This document shows positions 9,501-18,284 of a DNA stretch of 64,000 bases, in pieces. The notes under the pieces are model-generated. The model was not told where the DNA came from. It saw nothing but the letters and a program-made list of their open reading frames with translations, and searched no databases. A program made the position numbers and the translations under genes. Position 1 is the first letter of the stretch; every line of letters begins with the position of its first letter. Source of the DNA: Deltaproteobacteria bacterium (GTDB taxonomy: Bacteria > Myxococcota_A > UBA9042 > DTJE01); NCBI GenBank assembly GCA_029555025.1, contig JAKPTZ010000004.1:3373-67372 (forward strand), read 5' to 3'.

Positions 9501-11269
9501 TCCAGACGCAGTTGAACAACCGCCTGGCCATCGAGTTCCTGAAGCAGAAGGATGGGGACTTCCTTGCGGCCGTGTTCAGCGAGATGGCCCGCGATGTTCC
9601 GATGACGATGGCCATCCACCTGATGGCATTCTTCCGGCACGAGCAGGGACGATTGAAAGACTCCTTCGACCCCGTGGCCTTCTTTGAGCAGAAGACCGGG
9701 CTGAAGGCGCCTCGCTTCGAGGACTACCAGGCAGGCGGCCGCCGTGCCCGCCAGAGCTACTTCCAGGCGCTGGACGAGCTTGCAGTCCGGGTGATGCAGA
9801 AGTCGGCCGGCTATCGCGCGGTGAAGAACCGTCTTCGCGAGGCGGCCGAACCTCCAAGGAAGCCGCGCGTCTATAAAGCCGCTATCGAAACATCGACCCG
9901 GGTCGCTGGCGAGCTGATTGACAGCGCCGATGCGGCAACGCGCAAGTGGCTGGAACGTTCGCGTCCGACCTCCACCGAACGGGATCGCTGCATCGCGGCA
10001 TGGGATTCCGCGTTCATGGCCTGCCGAGAGGCTTTGAAGGCCGATCCGTGGGCTTTTCACCAGCCATGGTTCAAGCAGATATGGCAACGCAGCGAACAGG
10101 CCGTTCGCGTCGCGTCGGTTGTCCGCGGATTCCAGGCGGATCTGGATGATGTAAGACCATGGCTGACACATTTTGACGGCAGCGGTATTGCGGCGACGTG
10201 TCCGACCGGACAGCTTGGCCACGCCAGGCAGCAGCAGCTTGTCGATGCGGCAATCGGTGCGATTTGGGCGTATCCGGATGACCGCGCCCGCATCGCGTCG
10301 GATCCCCTTGCAAGGCTTCTGATGTGGCAGGAGGACGGAAACTGGGATTTGACCATCGTGTCGGCGATGGGCGTTATTACCGACGGCGCCTACGGGCGTG
10401 AGATGGCCCCGGCCTTCGACAGGCTTCTGAGCACCCGCGGGATTTCATTGAGGCGCGTTCCGACCGGCCTGTTCAGGACGCTTGAATTCAACGCCAGGGC
10501 AATTATTTCGGAGGTTCGCCAGGTGCAGGGGCCGTGGGCCTGGCTTGGATACTCCCAGGGCTGCGCCAACTGCCTTCGTGCCGAACATATCATGATGACG
10601 GGCACCCCCGAACTTCGCGCGCTGGCCGACAGGATCGCCTGCCGGCAGATGATATTTTCGGCCGCGAACGGTTCCGTTCACGCAACGGCCGGCGCCAGGT
10701 TGTTTACCCGGATGCTGATAGAAGGCGAGAAGTCCCTGAAACATTACCAGGCCGTCTTTTCCAGGGAATTCGTTTCAATGTTCCTGAAGACGGGCAGGGG
10801 GGTTCTGGACAGCCGCGTTTCCACGGCGCTTCTTGCCGGCCTGTGGTCGATGACCTTCGACAGGGCAATCGACCTTCATCGTGACGGTGTTTTCGCGCCT
10901 GGCGTGCCGACATCCACGATTCGAGCCGCCGTCGGCTGGAACGAGCTTCCCGACGGGCTTCGGTACGTTTTCGGGATGCACAATCGGTTGATGCCGGGTG
11001 AGGATTGCGACAGCCAGGTCGCGACCCTTGACGAAGTCGGCCATTCAACTCGTGTCATCAATGCGCGCACGGCCGTCCTTGAATCCTGCGACATGGGAAG
11101 CGCCGCCATCCGGATGCATCACTGGGGGCCCGTCCACGAAGAGGCTGCCCAGGGCATGACCCGGGACGACGTCGCCCTGCACAAGTACGACAGCCCTGCC
11201 GACCTTTACATCTTCCCGTGGATCGACACGTGCATCCGGTTCGGATTCATCAAGCCTTCAGAACGCTGA
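6551..11269 (+). CDS. Very large hypothetical protein with C-terminal alpha/beta-hydrolase (lipase-like) domain
   Basis: Open frame of about 1570 codons; GAGGT RBS before ATG 6551; nucleophile elbow WLGYSQG, later DSQV and HHW. Confidence 0.7.
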   Translation: MDSPRPAISIRTSRFASAWGLDALSPARFPWPVDWDFSELSGDQVSESSIRLQFKLRSGMHAVRFTRDFSLDIDIADGSSASVELVTGRARPPVSGGAAGQDPEGSPGAAGDGTDQAGCSVVDLVSVSFDSPLVIRNVFGAVRGAHTLFDNIEVKEFLNRLLAVTGRFAVDLESAASAASERFVLVRKLFDQAAGRVPEVADMARKGFDRLGSAFAARLGEPVSLEISAVSFRLAPAPDWAGSDCPILVPSITGSFVLSHTGARARFEDIEVPSILLPRFNSNLTDLLKGNVMVGGAFKKQAVGVSNLMLDVAGMLGAFQGTIDATVALPALRTSWRQADRSDVVAELWTGSSQAKIHAAFQVAKEGDDAVFDVSQLSIGEPDSRRSFKLQAGLTVFGLFRDGLSMPTAVRGTLRQTNRGSLPVTYLRLEGRNPLLKSGNAMIMRIDELKTGGRVDFGFSASGNPVFELPDRDFVLQSVFSVPDQCFGPAGTIDLFGAIRRGNLKACVTAVPGSGFDVQLSGCFPAAFKIQTDLRHVPELDIEPGRLEISGSGTVTAELGVGVAMPAMKASAISFSPRGKVGLTLAHLQVRDPQRKVKALSPITIGGTVREGVIAADGDGDVGLDLEWRLETPRIEICSDRCRQVSDLPLRMMTGRQTVRVSPGGRISLAGNEGSLVRPDLLKALASPFNNAGTILELLDDDELVYGSLDSLAQLAALFNRPVADRLVAVRDWIIGVRSHARAVGVAKPGDLLDMAVLSRLVSRIIVGDESISDELRPLLSSLGDGQGFDDKAARMLMIRHRPDITDTYEFDLIVSWIGILTTPVDHYNRAVPVNLPPVSDDPSVAAAIRDIPAASTLYKWFSGGEPAQDKVETVVRLAPMMFIEQLEYVLSGMKGTAFNQERAMLQYALSAKRAISRAVNPGELANMYIVPRASVIAGFLGDIIGPIPGIDGPGAEVPPPAPLGPRDIAEILEIGLGSQVQGVQTQLNNRLAIEFLKQKDGDFLAAVFSEMARDVPMTMAIHLMAFFRHEQGRLKDSFDPVAFFEQKTGLKAPRFEDYQAGGRRARQSYFQALDELAVRVMQKSAGYRAVKNRLREAAEPPRKPRVYKAAIETSTRVAGELIDSADAATRKWLERSRPTSTERDRCIAAWDSAFMACREALKADPWAFHQPWFKQIWQRSEQAVRVASVVRGFQADLDDVRPWLTHFDGSGIAATCPTGQLGHARQQQLVDAAIGAIWAYPDDRARIASDPLARLLMWQEDGNWDLTIVSAMGVITDGAYGREMAPAFDRLLSTRGISLRRVPTGLFRTLEFNARAIISEVRQVQGPWAWLGYSQGCANCLRAEHIMMTGTPELRALADRIACRQMIFSAANGSVHATAGARLFTRMLIEGEKSLKHYQAVFSREFVSMFLKTGRGVLDSRVSTALLAGLWSMTFDRAIDLHRDGVFAPGVPTSTIRAAVGWNELPDGLRYVFGMHNRLMPGEDCDSQVATLDEVGHSTRVINARTAVLESCDMGSAAIRMHHWGPVHEEAAQGMTRDDVALHKYDSPADLYIFPWIDTCIRFGFIKPSER

Positions 11270-11366
11270 CCGGAATCGGGCGTCCGCCTTTGGTGAAGCA
11301 TCGGCGACATCCCCCCCCACCATAACAATTTCGGGTTCTTGCCGAACCGATCGCTGCGAAAGCCAC

Positions 11367-11396
11367 TTGGCAGTTACTAACAGGCTGGGCTAGTAT
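11367..11396 (+). promoter_or_regulatory. Candidate sigma70 promoter for serC
   Basis: TTGGCA-18 nt-TAGTAT upstream of the serC leader. Confidence 0.35.
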
Positions 11397-11477
11397 CAAC
11401 GCGGACCGACGGGTAGTCCCGTTCCCCGCGGTTCATGGCTGTACGCCGACGGGGCTGAAAAGTCTTTGGAGGTTCTT

Positions 11478-12599
11478 ATGGCTCCCTGTAACGACAAGGT
11501 TCACCGCGTAATCAACTTCTCTGCCGGGCCCGCTGGTCTTCCCCTTGCAGCGCTTGAAAAGGCGCGTGACGAACTGCTGGACTTCGAAGGCAGCGGGATG
11601 TCCATCATGGAAATGTCCCACAGGGGCAAGATTTACGACAGGGTGCACACCGAAGCGATTAACCTTACGCGGGAATTGATGGGAATTCCCGATGACTACG
11701 TCGTTCTTTTCCTGCAGGGCGGCGCGAACCTGCAGTTCGGCATGCTTCCGATGAACGTCCTTGGCAATGGGAAGAAGGCTGATTACATCATTTCCGGTCA
11801 CTGGGCGAAATCGGCGTACAAGGAAGCCGTCAAGGTCGCCGGCGCGGAAAACGTCAGGGCCATCGCATCGACGGAATCCGAGGATTTTCGCAGGCTTCCC
11901 AGGCCGTCTGAATACCGGATTAACGACGACGCCGAGTACGTTCACATCTGCACCAACAACACAATTTACGGCACCCAGTACCATTACGTTCCAGAAACCG
12001 GCAAGGTTCCACTTGTCGCGGATATGTCATCGGACATCATGTGGTCGCCGGTCGATGTGAAGAAGTACGCGATGTTCTATGCCGGCGCCCAGAAGAACCT
12101 GGGTCCGTCCGGGCTGGTTCTGGTCGTGATGCACAAGGACTTCTTGGCGAAGTGCCGCGAAGACCTTCCGAACATGCTCCAGTACAAGGTTCACGCGGAC
12201 AAGAACAGCCTGTTCAACACCCCGCCGACCTTCGCGATTTACCTGCTGAAGAACGTTCTCGAATACAACAAGTCGATTGGTGGTCTTGCCGCCATTCGCG
12301 CGAACAACCTGAAGAAGGGCGAACTGCTTTACGGCTTCATCGACGCGAACGCCGACTACTATCGTCCGTGGGTCACGGTCAAGGAAGACCGTTCGGTCAT
12401 GAACGTCGATTTCCACCTGCCGAATGAAACGCTCGACGCCCAGTTCGTTGCCGAAGGCCAGAAGGCGGGCATGGTCGGCCTGAAGGGATACCGCACGATG
12501 GGCGGCATCCGCGTGTCGATGTACAACGCGGTCACGGTTGCGAATATCGAGACCCTGGTCGGCTTCATGGACGAATTCCGCAAGCGCAACCCAGGTTGA
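11478..12599 (+). CDS. serC: Phosphoserine aminotransferase
   Basis: NFSAGP, EMSHR, LQGGA, NNTIYG, DMSS, PLP-lysine motif AGAQKNLGPSG, NTPP, GGIRVSMYNA; GGAGG RBS. Confidence 0.97.
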   Translation: MAPCNDKVHRVINFSAGPAGLPLAALEKARDELLDFEGSGMSIMEMSHRGKIYDRVHTEAINLTRELMGIPDDYVVLFLQGGANLQFGMLPMNVLGNGKKADYIISGHWAKSAYKEAVKVAGAENVRAIASTESEDFRRLPRPSEYRINDDAEYVHICTNNTIYGTQYHYVPETGKVPLVADMSSDIMWSPVDVKKYAMFYAGAQKNLGPSGLVLVVMHKDFLAKCREDLPNMLQYKVHADKNSLFNTPPTFAIYLLKNVLEYNKSIGGLAAIRANNLKKGELLYGFIDANADYYRPWVTVKEDRSVMNVDFHLPNETLDAQFVAEGQKAGMVGLKGYRTMGGIRVSMYNAVTVANIETLVGFMDEFRKRNPG

Positions 12600-12667
12600 A
12601 ACACCAGCCCTATCTGCCTATAATCCGACCGGCTGTATCTTTCGAACTTCCTTCAGGTTGTGAAAAA

Positions 12668-14695
12668 ATGTCCATCCGCAATACGCTCTTTCCCGTGGCT
12701 GCGCTGTTGCTTCTTGCTTCCTGTGAATTCGTGTCCGGCGAGACAGCCGCCGTCCAGTCCCCGATTATCGGCGGGACTGCGGTGACCGATGGTTCGTGGC
12801 CCGCCGTCGGGGGGATCGTTCTTTATCCCGATTCGATGTGTTCCGGGACGCTGATTTCACCGCGCGTCGTCGTGACCGCGGCCCACTGCGTCAAGGGCGA
12901 AAATCCAACCACGTTCGTGCTCGGTTACGATATGGAAAACGGCACGGAGTACGCCGTCCAGGAAGCCATCTACAACCCGGACTACGATGCCGGCGGGTAC
13001 AACGACCCCGGATCCGGCGACGTTGCAGTCCTTGTCCTTGAAGAGCGCATCACCGGCATCACGCCGGCGCGGCTTTTTACCGGCGATTTCACGGCATTCA
13101 ATGATCAGTCGATCGTTTTCGTCGGATACGGCAAGCGTGATGTCTATCAGCCGCTATATGGCAAGAAGTACCAGGTAACGCTGACGATCAAGGACATCGA
13201 TGATTACGGTTTCTGGAATTACACGAACCAGTCAAATGTGAAGAATACGTGCGGCGGGGATTCGGGTGGCCCGGGATTTGTCAGTTATAACGGAGAGTAT
13301 TACATTGGTGGGTTCGTATCTTCCGGCGATGAATACTGCGTCCAGGACGGATACAACATGCGTGCCGACAGCAACGCCGAGTGGATTCTTTCGCAGGTCG
13401 AGAAATACGATCCCGGTTTCCTTGGCGAACCGGATTGCGGCAACGATATCTGTGAGTACGGCGAGGACTCCGGCAACTGCGCCGAAGACTGCCCGGTGGT
13501 CGAGCCTGAATGCGGCAACGATGTCTGCGAGGATGGCGAGACCGAAGCGAATTGCGCCGATGACTGCGCAACCGGGCCGGATCCGATCTGGACCGAGTGC
13601 GGAAGCCAGGGCGAATGTCCCGCCGGCCAGTTCTGCATCCAGGTCAGCCAGAACGCCTATTACTGCACCATCAGTTGCGATGACCTGGAACTGGGCGGGG
13701 GATGCGGCTATCAGGATATGGCATGCGTCGCGCTGCAGGATGGCGGCGGCGCTTGCGTCCCGGCCGATATCGAATGCGGTGACGGGCTTTGCGAGTACGG
13801 CGAAACCGCCGACTCCTGCCAGTCCGATTGCGCCATCGATTGCGGCGACCTGAGCTACGAGGGCTGCTGCGACGGCACGCAGGCTGTTTACTGCAACAAT
13901 GGCCAGTTCCGGCGGGTCGAGTGCGGTCCAGACTACACCTGCGGGTGGGTCGTTGATGGCGGTTCGTCGTATTACTTCTGCACCGACGGCGCGGCCTCGG
14001 CCGATCCGTCCGGGACATTCCCGATGTCCTGCGAAGGCTACATTTTTGATTCGTGCGGCAACGGCGTTTGCGACAACGATGAAACCGAATCAAGCTGCCC
14101 TGGCGACTGCAAGGTCGTCGATTCCTGCGGCAACGACAAGTGCGACAACGGCGAGACCGTAGTGACGTGCCCGGAGGACTGCAAGGTCGTCGATTCCTGC
14201 GGCAACAACAAGTGCGACAACGGCGAGACCGTAGTGACGTGCCCGGAGGACTGCACGACCGTTGACGAGGATTGCGGCAACGAAGTGTGCGACGACTGGG
14301 AATCGAATCTGTCGTGCCCGATCGATTGTCCGTTGTTACCGGACAACTGCGGTAACGGCACATGCGACAACGACGAGAACACGTCCACTTGCCCGCAGGA
14401 CTGCCCGGTTCAGGATCCCGAATGTGGCGACACCATCTGCGAGAGCCCCGAGGGCTGCCGCGATTGTCCGCAGGATTGCGGCGAGTGCCCGGTTGGCGAA
14501 GACGTTATTCAGGCCCAGGACACGATCACTGCGGACGATTCCGGCCAGACCGAAAGCGACACGGTTGGCGTTGCATCCGGCGGGTGCAGTTCGACTGGAG
14601 CCAATGGGGCCGGTACGGGTACTGCAGGTTTGCTTCTTACCGTGCTTCTCGCCATGACGTCCATCATTGTTCGGCGTTCGAGGCGGTTCGCATGA
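12668..14695 (+). CDS. Trypsin-like (S1) serine protease with Cys-rich repeats and MYXO-CTERM sorting signal
   Basis: Signal/lipobox LLLASC, IIGG, TAAHC, DVAVL, GDSGGP; about 10 CGNxxCxxxExxxxCPxDC repeats; C-terminal SGGC + TM + RRSRR. Confidence 0.9.
   Translation: MSIRNTLFPVAALLLLASCEFVSGETAAVQSPIIGGTAVTDGSWPAVGGIVLYPDSMCSGTLISPRVVVTAAHCVKGENPTTFVLGYDMENGTEYAVQEAIYNPDYDAGGYNDPGSGDVAVLVLEERITGITPARLFTGDFTAFNDQSIVFVGYGKRDVYQPLYGKKYQVTLTIKDIDDYGFWNYTNQSNVKNTCGGDSGGPGFVSYNGEYYIGGFVSSGDEYCVQDGYNMRADSNAEWILSQVEKYDPGFLGEPDCGNDICEYGEDSGNCAEDCPVVEPECGNDVCEDGETEANCADDCATGPDPIWTECGSQGECPAGQFCIQVSQNAYYCTISCDDLELGGGCGYQDMACVALQDGGGACVPADIECGDGLCEYGETADSCQSDCAIDCGDLSYEGCCDGTQAVYCNNGQFRRVECGPDYTCGWVVDGGSSYYFCTDGAASADPSGTFPMSCEGYIFDSCGNGVCDNDETESSCPGDCKVVDSCGNDKCDNGETVVTCPEDCKVVDSCGNNKCDNGETVVTCPEDCTTVDEDCGNEVCDDWESNLSCPIDCPLLPDNCGNGTCDNDENTSTCPQDCPVQDPECGDTICESPEGCRDCPQDCGECPVGEDVIQAQDTITADDSGQTESDTVGVASGGCSSTGANGAGTGTAGLLLTVLLAMTSIIVRRSRRFA
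14105..14255 (+). repeat. 72-bp near-perfect tandem duplication inside the protease gene
   Basis: gactgcaaggtcgtcgattcctgcggcaac(g/a)acaagtgcgacaacggcgagaccgtagtgacgtgcccggag twice, starting 14105 and 14177, one mismatch. Confidence 0.9.
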
Positions 14696-14714
14696 CCGCC
14701 CGGGACATTGATTC

Positions 14715-15746
14715 ATGAACACAGCCATCGCGATGTCCGGCGGCGTCGATTCGTCGGTGGCCGCATCGATACTGCAGGAACAAGGCCATAACCTGTTTGG
14801 AGTCACTTTCATCACGGGTCACGAAGCGGACGCCGACCTGACCGTTTCCAGGGCCGCCGCCGCCGCAACGACCATCGGCATTCCCCACTTCGTGTTCGAC
14901 GCATCGGACATCTTCGAAAGCCAGGTCATCCAGCCATGCGCGGACGCCTATTCACGGGGACTGACGCCGAACCCCTGCGCCATCTGCAACCCGATCCTGA
15001 AGTTCGGTGCGTTGCTTGATTTTTGCGCCAGCCTCGGGGCGGACCGACTGGCAACAGGACATTATGCCCGCATCCTGACCGCCCCCGATGGCGGCCCAGC
15101 GCTTGCCCGCGGCCTGGATTCCCGAAAGGATCAAAGCTATTTCCTTTTCAGGGTGCCAAGGGACGTCCTTTCCAGCGTCGTGTTTCCCCTTGGCGGCTTG
15201 ACAAAGGCGCAGGTCAGGCAGCGGGCCGCCGAACTCGGCCTGCCCGCGGCGACGTCCGATGAAAGCCAGGACGTCTGCTTCGGGAATTCCGAACGGCCGC
15301 TTCACGAAGTGCTGCGGGAAATCACCGACAGGCGGGGGCCACCTGGAAACGTTGTGTCCCCGGATGGTACCGTGCTCGGGATGCACGACGGCATAGACGC
15401 CTTCACGATCGGCCAGCGGCACGGTCTTCGCATCGCGACCGGAACGCGGGCATGGGTTACCCGCATTGACCCGGGCGGCGACGTCGTACTTTCAAATAAC
15501 CCGTCGGATCTTGAATGCACGTCGTTGCTGGCTCGCGATGTCGTCATCGGTGCCGGCCTGGACGGGTCTGGGCCGCTTGCCTGCAAGATCCGCTATGCCC
15601 ACCGCGCCGTCCCCTGTACGGCCGGCATCCTTCCAGACGGCAGATTGCGCGTTGATTTCATTGAAAAAGTAAAGGCAGTCACACCGGGACAGGCGTCTGT
15701 AGTATATTCAGGCGATCTTGTTTGTTGTGGCGGCTGGATCGAATGA
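14715..15746 (+). CDS. mnmA: tRNA 2-thiouridine(34) synthase
   Basis: PP-loop AMSGGVDSS, TPNPCAICN, ATGHYA, KDQSYFL, SQDVCF, TIGQR, TPGQ. Confidence 0.95.
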   Translation: MNTAIAMSGGVDSSVAASILQEQGHNLFGVTFITGHEADADLTVSRAAAAATTIGIPHFVFDASDIFESQVIQPCADAYSRGLTPNPCAICNPILKFGALLDFCASLGADRLATGHYARILTAPDGGPALARGLDSRKDQSYFLFRVPRDVLSSVVFPLGGLTKAQVRQRAAELGLPAATSDESQDVCFGNSERPLHEVLREITDRRGPPGNVVSPDGTVLGMHDGIDAFTIGQRHGLRIATGTRAWVTRIDPGGDVVLSNNPSDLECTSLLARDVVIGAGLDGSGPLACKIRYAHRAVPCTAGILPDGRLRVDFIEKVKAVTPGQASVVYSGDLVCCGGWIE

Positions 15747-18244
15747 CCATCAAGCTTCAGTATGACGGCGACTTACGGCTGGATCGGCTGGAAGACCGCA
15801 TCCGCATGGTGGGGACAAGTCCGGCCACCGACGTTGCCCTTTCCCTGCTTGATGAATTGAACGTGGCCGTTGTCGCGGGGCTGAGTTTCCAGGGGACCCT
15901 TCGCGGCGTCAAAGTCTTTTCAACTCTTGCAGGTTATGTCACCCCGGCCCAGATTTCATCGTCCCAGACTGCCGCCGCGTCCGTGACCGAGCGCGCGCGC
16001 CTGGCGGAACGGTTGCTTGCATCCGCAAGTTCGACGTGGGGAACACATATCGGGCTGCTGTCGGCCGAAGACCGGATCAAGGCGTGGGAAGCGGTCGATA
16101 ACCTGTTTGCATCGGTAATCGCCGCACATCTTCACGACGAGGTCATTTACGCCGGGTTCAGGCACGTCGATAAGTGTGAATTCCCGCCGACCGCGACCGC
16201 GACCATCCTTGCCAGGCGGCTGCTTACGCTGGGAACGGTCGATCACAGGTTCGTGCAGCTTATTGAATTCCTGAACCGGAACGCGCGCTTTCCCCAGGAG
16301 ATGGCCCTGGCTCGCGCCTGCGGTTCCCGTCTTGATTTCCAGTTGCAGTCGGCGCTGATGAAGCGCTCGGGCGCTTTGCTGGAAGCCCTTGTCCAGTTGA
16401 AATCGGTCGATGAATCGGTTACCGAGACATTCGGCCAGGACTTTTTCGTTGATGTTTCCGGAACCGAAAGTCGGGAAGTTGCCGAACTTCTTACGAAACG
16501 TGTTCTTGCCGTGAAGGCGGAATGGAACATCCGCGATCAGTTCGCCAACAATTACGTTGAGTACATCATTGGACGCATCGACGCCGGCGCCGGCAATCCG
16601 GAGCACGCAATCAGGGTGTTCCAGCAGACTGCCCGGGGCGGCTTCGCGCCTTACGATTCGACCGTGTTTCTTGCATTGCTCGCAACCAGCGAGGGGCGTC
16701 AGGAGCTTGCCCGCCAATCTATTCAGGAACTTGTTTCCAGGTATGCCGTCCCGCTTGATTTTTCCGAGGCCTTCGGGAGCGTCATGACCGCCTGGCGAAG
16801 GGCGGGGGGCGATCCGGCGGTGCTTCAGAAGTCCTTCCCGATGGAGGAACTGGTCGAATTGTGCAGGGCCTCGAGGGCACGCATCGATTCGGAGTTTTCC
16901 GATGGTGTCGAGGAGGATCGAAAAAGGGCCACCGACTCTTTCTGGCTGGGCCGCACGGAAAGGCTGCTGGCCGGCGTCGGCCTTGCGCTTGAACCGACCG
17001 ACTTCGACGCTTCGTCATCCCCCGGACATGACTCGCGTCTTGTGCGGTTGCCCGAAAAGATTCTGGTCGAGGCCGGGATCGACCAGATGCCCGGCCTTTC
17101 CCCGATCGCGCGCGCGACGTTCGTCGAGGCCGCGCGGTCAGGCGTGGCCGCGTCCGAACTGATTGGCCAGCTTTTTGAGATTGCCGACAACCTGAAGGGC
17201 GATTTCGGTGCCATGGCAAAGCTGGTTCCGGCGTGGGCATATTCACAGTCGATTGCCCTGGGGCGACTTGAAGACGCCATCAAGGCTCGAAATTCCGCTG
17301 GCGTGCTTACGATACTTTCCCAGTACCTTGAACTGCCGGGCGTCCCTTCCGACCTTCTGGCAACCCTTTATGAGCGGGCGCTTGCAACCGCCGATCGCCT
17401 TTCGTCGATCGAGAAGATGCTGGGCATCGGCGTCCGGTTCTGGAAGGCTGTCCGTGGCGGTTCCGGCGTTCGGATTCTGCGGGTGATGCGCCCGGCCGCA
17501 ATGAAGGTTCTTTCGTCTTATGATGAAAGGGCCGCATGGGTCGCCGCGCTTGAAGCGGTTCTTGACACGATTCCGAACGACGAAACCAGGAAGATGCTGG
17601 CCGAATGGTACCTTGCCCAGAAGTTGAATCAGGGCGACGACCCGCGCGGCATGGCCGCAAGCCGGGAACACGACATGGTCGTCCTTACCTGCGGACGCCT
17701 TCTTTCCGGCCGCCTGGGGCCGCCGTTTGACGATGCGGTTCGCGCCCATCTGCGTGGGCTGGTGCTGGCCGGCAAGCCGTTCGATGCGCGCCACGCGACG
17801 GCCCAGCAGTTGACTTCCCGCATCGAGCTCATAAGCGAGTGGTGCGAAGGCGACGCGATTGCCGATCGGATGATTGTTGACTGGTTCAACCTCTGGGTGT
17901 GCTCGAAGGGCGGTTTCGATGCGGCCGAATACGACGAAATGGCCGATGCGGCATTCGTTGCCATCAACCATGTGTCCGACGCGATTTCCAGGCGCGACAT
18001 CGCGGAAACCGCCCTGGATATCCTGAAGGTCCGGCTGGACTCGTGTCGGGATGACCGCGGTACGTCCGAGGCCGTGCTTACCCGGATTTCGGCGCTTTCC
18101 GCCTATGTTCCCGAAGCATCTGACCTGGTCGAGACGCATCGCGAGGAACAGAAGGATTCAAAGCTGCTGTTTTATGCATCGGTTCTTGGCGGCGCCGGCA
18201 TCATCGCCGTCGTGATCCTGCTGCTTAACTTTTTCGCCTGTTGA
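15743..18244 (+). CDS. Hypothetical alpha-helical protein with C-terminal transmembrane segment
   Basis: ATGA overlap with the mnmA stop; long ORF; hydrophobic C-terminus LLFYASVLGGAGIIAVVILLLNFFAC. Confidence 0.65.
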   Translation: MTIKLQYDGDLRLDRLEDRIRMVGTSPATDVALSLLDELNVAVVAGLSFQGTLRGVKVFSTLAGYVTPAQISSSQTAAASVTERARLAERLLASASSTWGTHIGLLSAEDRIKAWEAVDNLFASVIAAHLHDEVIYAGFRHVDKCEFPPTATATILARRLLTLGTVDHRFVQLIEFLNRNARFPQEMALARACGSRLDFQLQSALMKRSGALLEALVQLKSVDESVTETFGQDFFVDVSGTESREVAELLTKRVLAVKAEWNIRDQFANNYVEYIIGRIDAGAGNPEHAIRVFQQTARGGFAPYDSTVFLALLATSEGRQELARQSIQELVSRYAVPLDFSEAFGSVMTAWRRAGGDPAVLQKSFPMEELVELCRASRARIDSEFSDGVEEDRKRATDSFWLGRTERLLAGVGLALEPTDFDASSSPGHDSRLVRLPEKILVEAGIDQMPGLSPIARATFVEAARSGVAASELIGQLFEIADNLKGDFGAMAKLVPAWAYSQSIALGRLEDAIKARNSAGVLTILSQYLELPGVPSDLLATLYERALATADRLSSIEKMLGIGVRFWKAVRGGSGVRILRVMRPAAMKVLSSYDERAAWVAALEAVLDTIPNDETRKMLAEWYLAQKLNQGDDPRGMAASREHDMVVLTCGRLLSGRLGPPFDDAVRAHLRGLVLAGKPFDARHATAQQLTSRIELISEWCEGDAIADRMIVDWFNLWVCSKGGFDAAEYDEMADAAFVAINHVSDAISRRDIAETALDILKVRLDSCRDDRGTSEAVLTRISALSAYVPEASDLVETHREEQKDSKLLFYASVLGGAGIIAVVILLLNFFAC

Positions 18245-18284
18245 CATGTCGGCGCAGGCCGGCAACTTCTGCTGAAGGAACATT

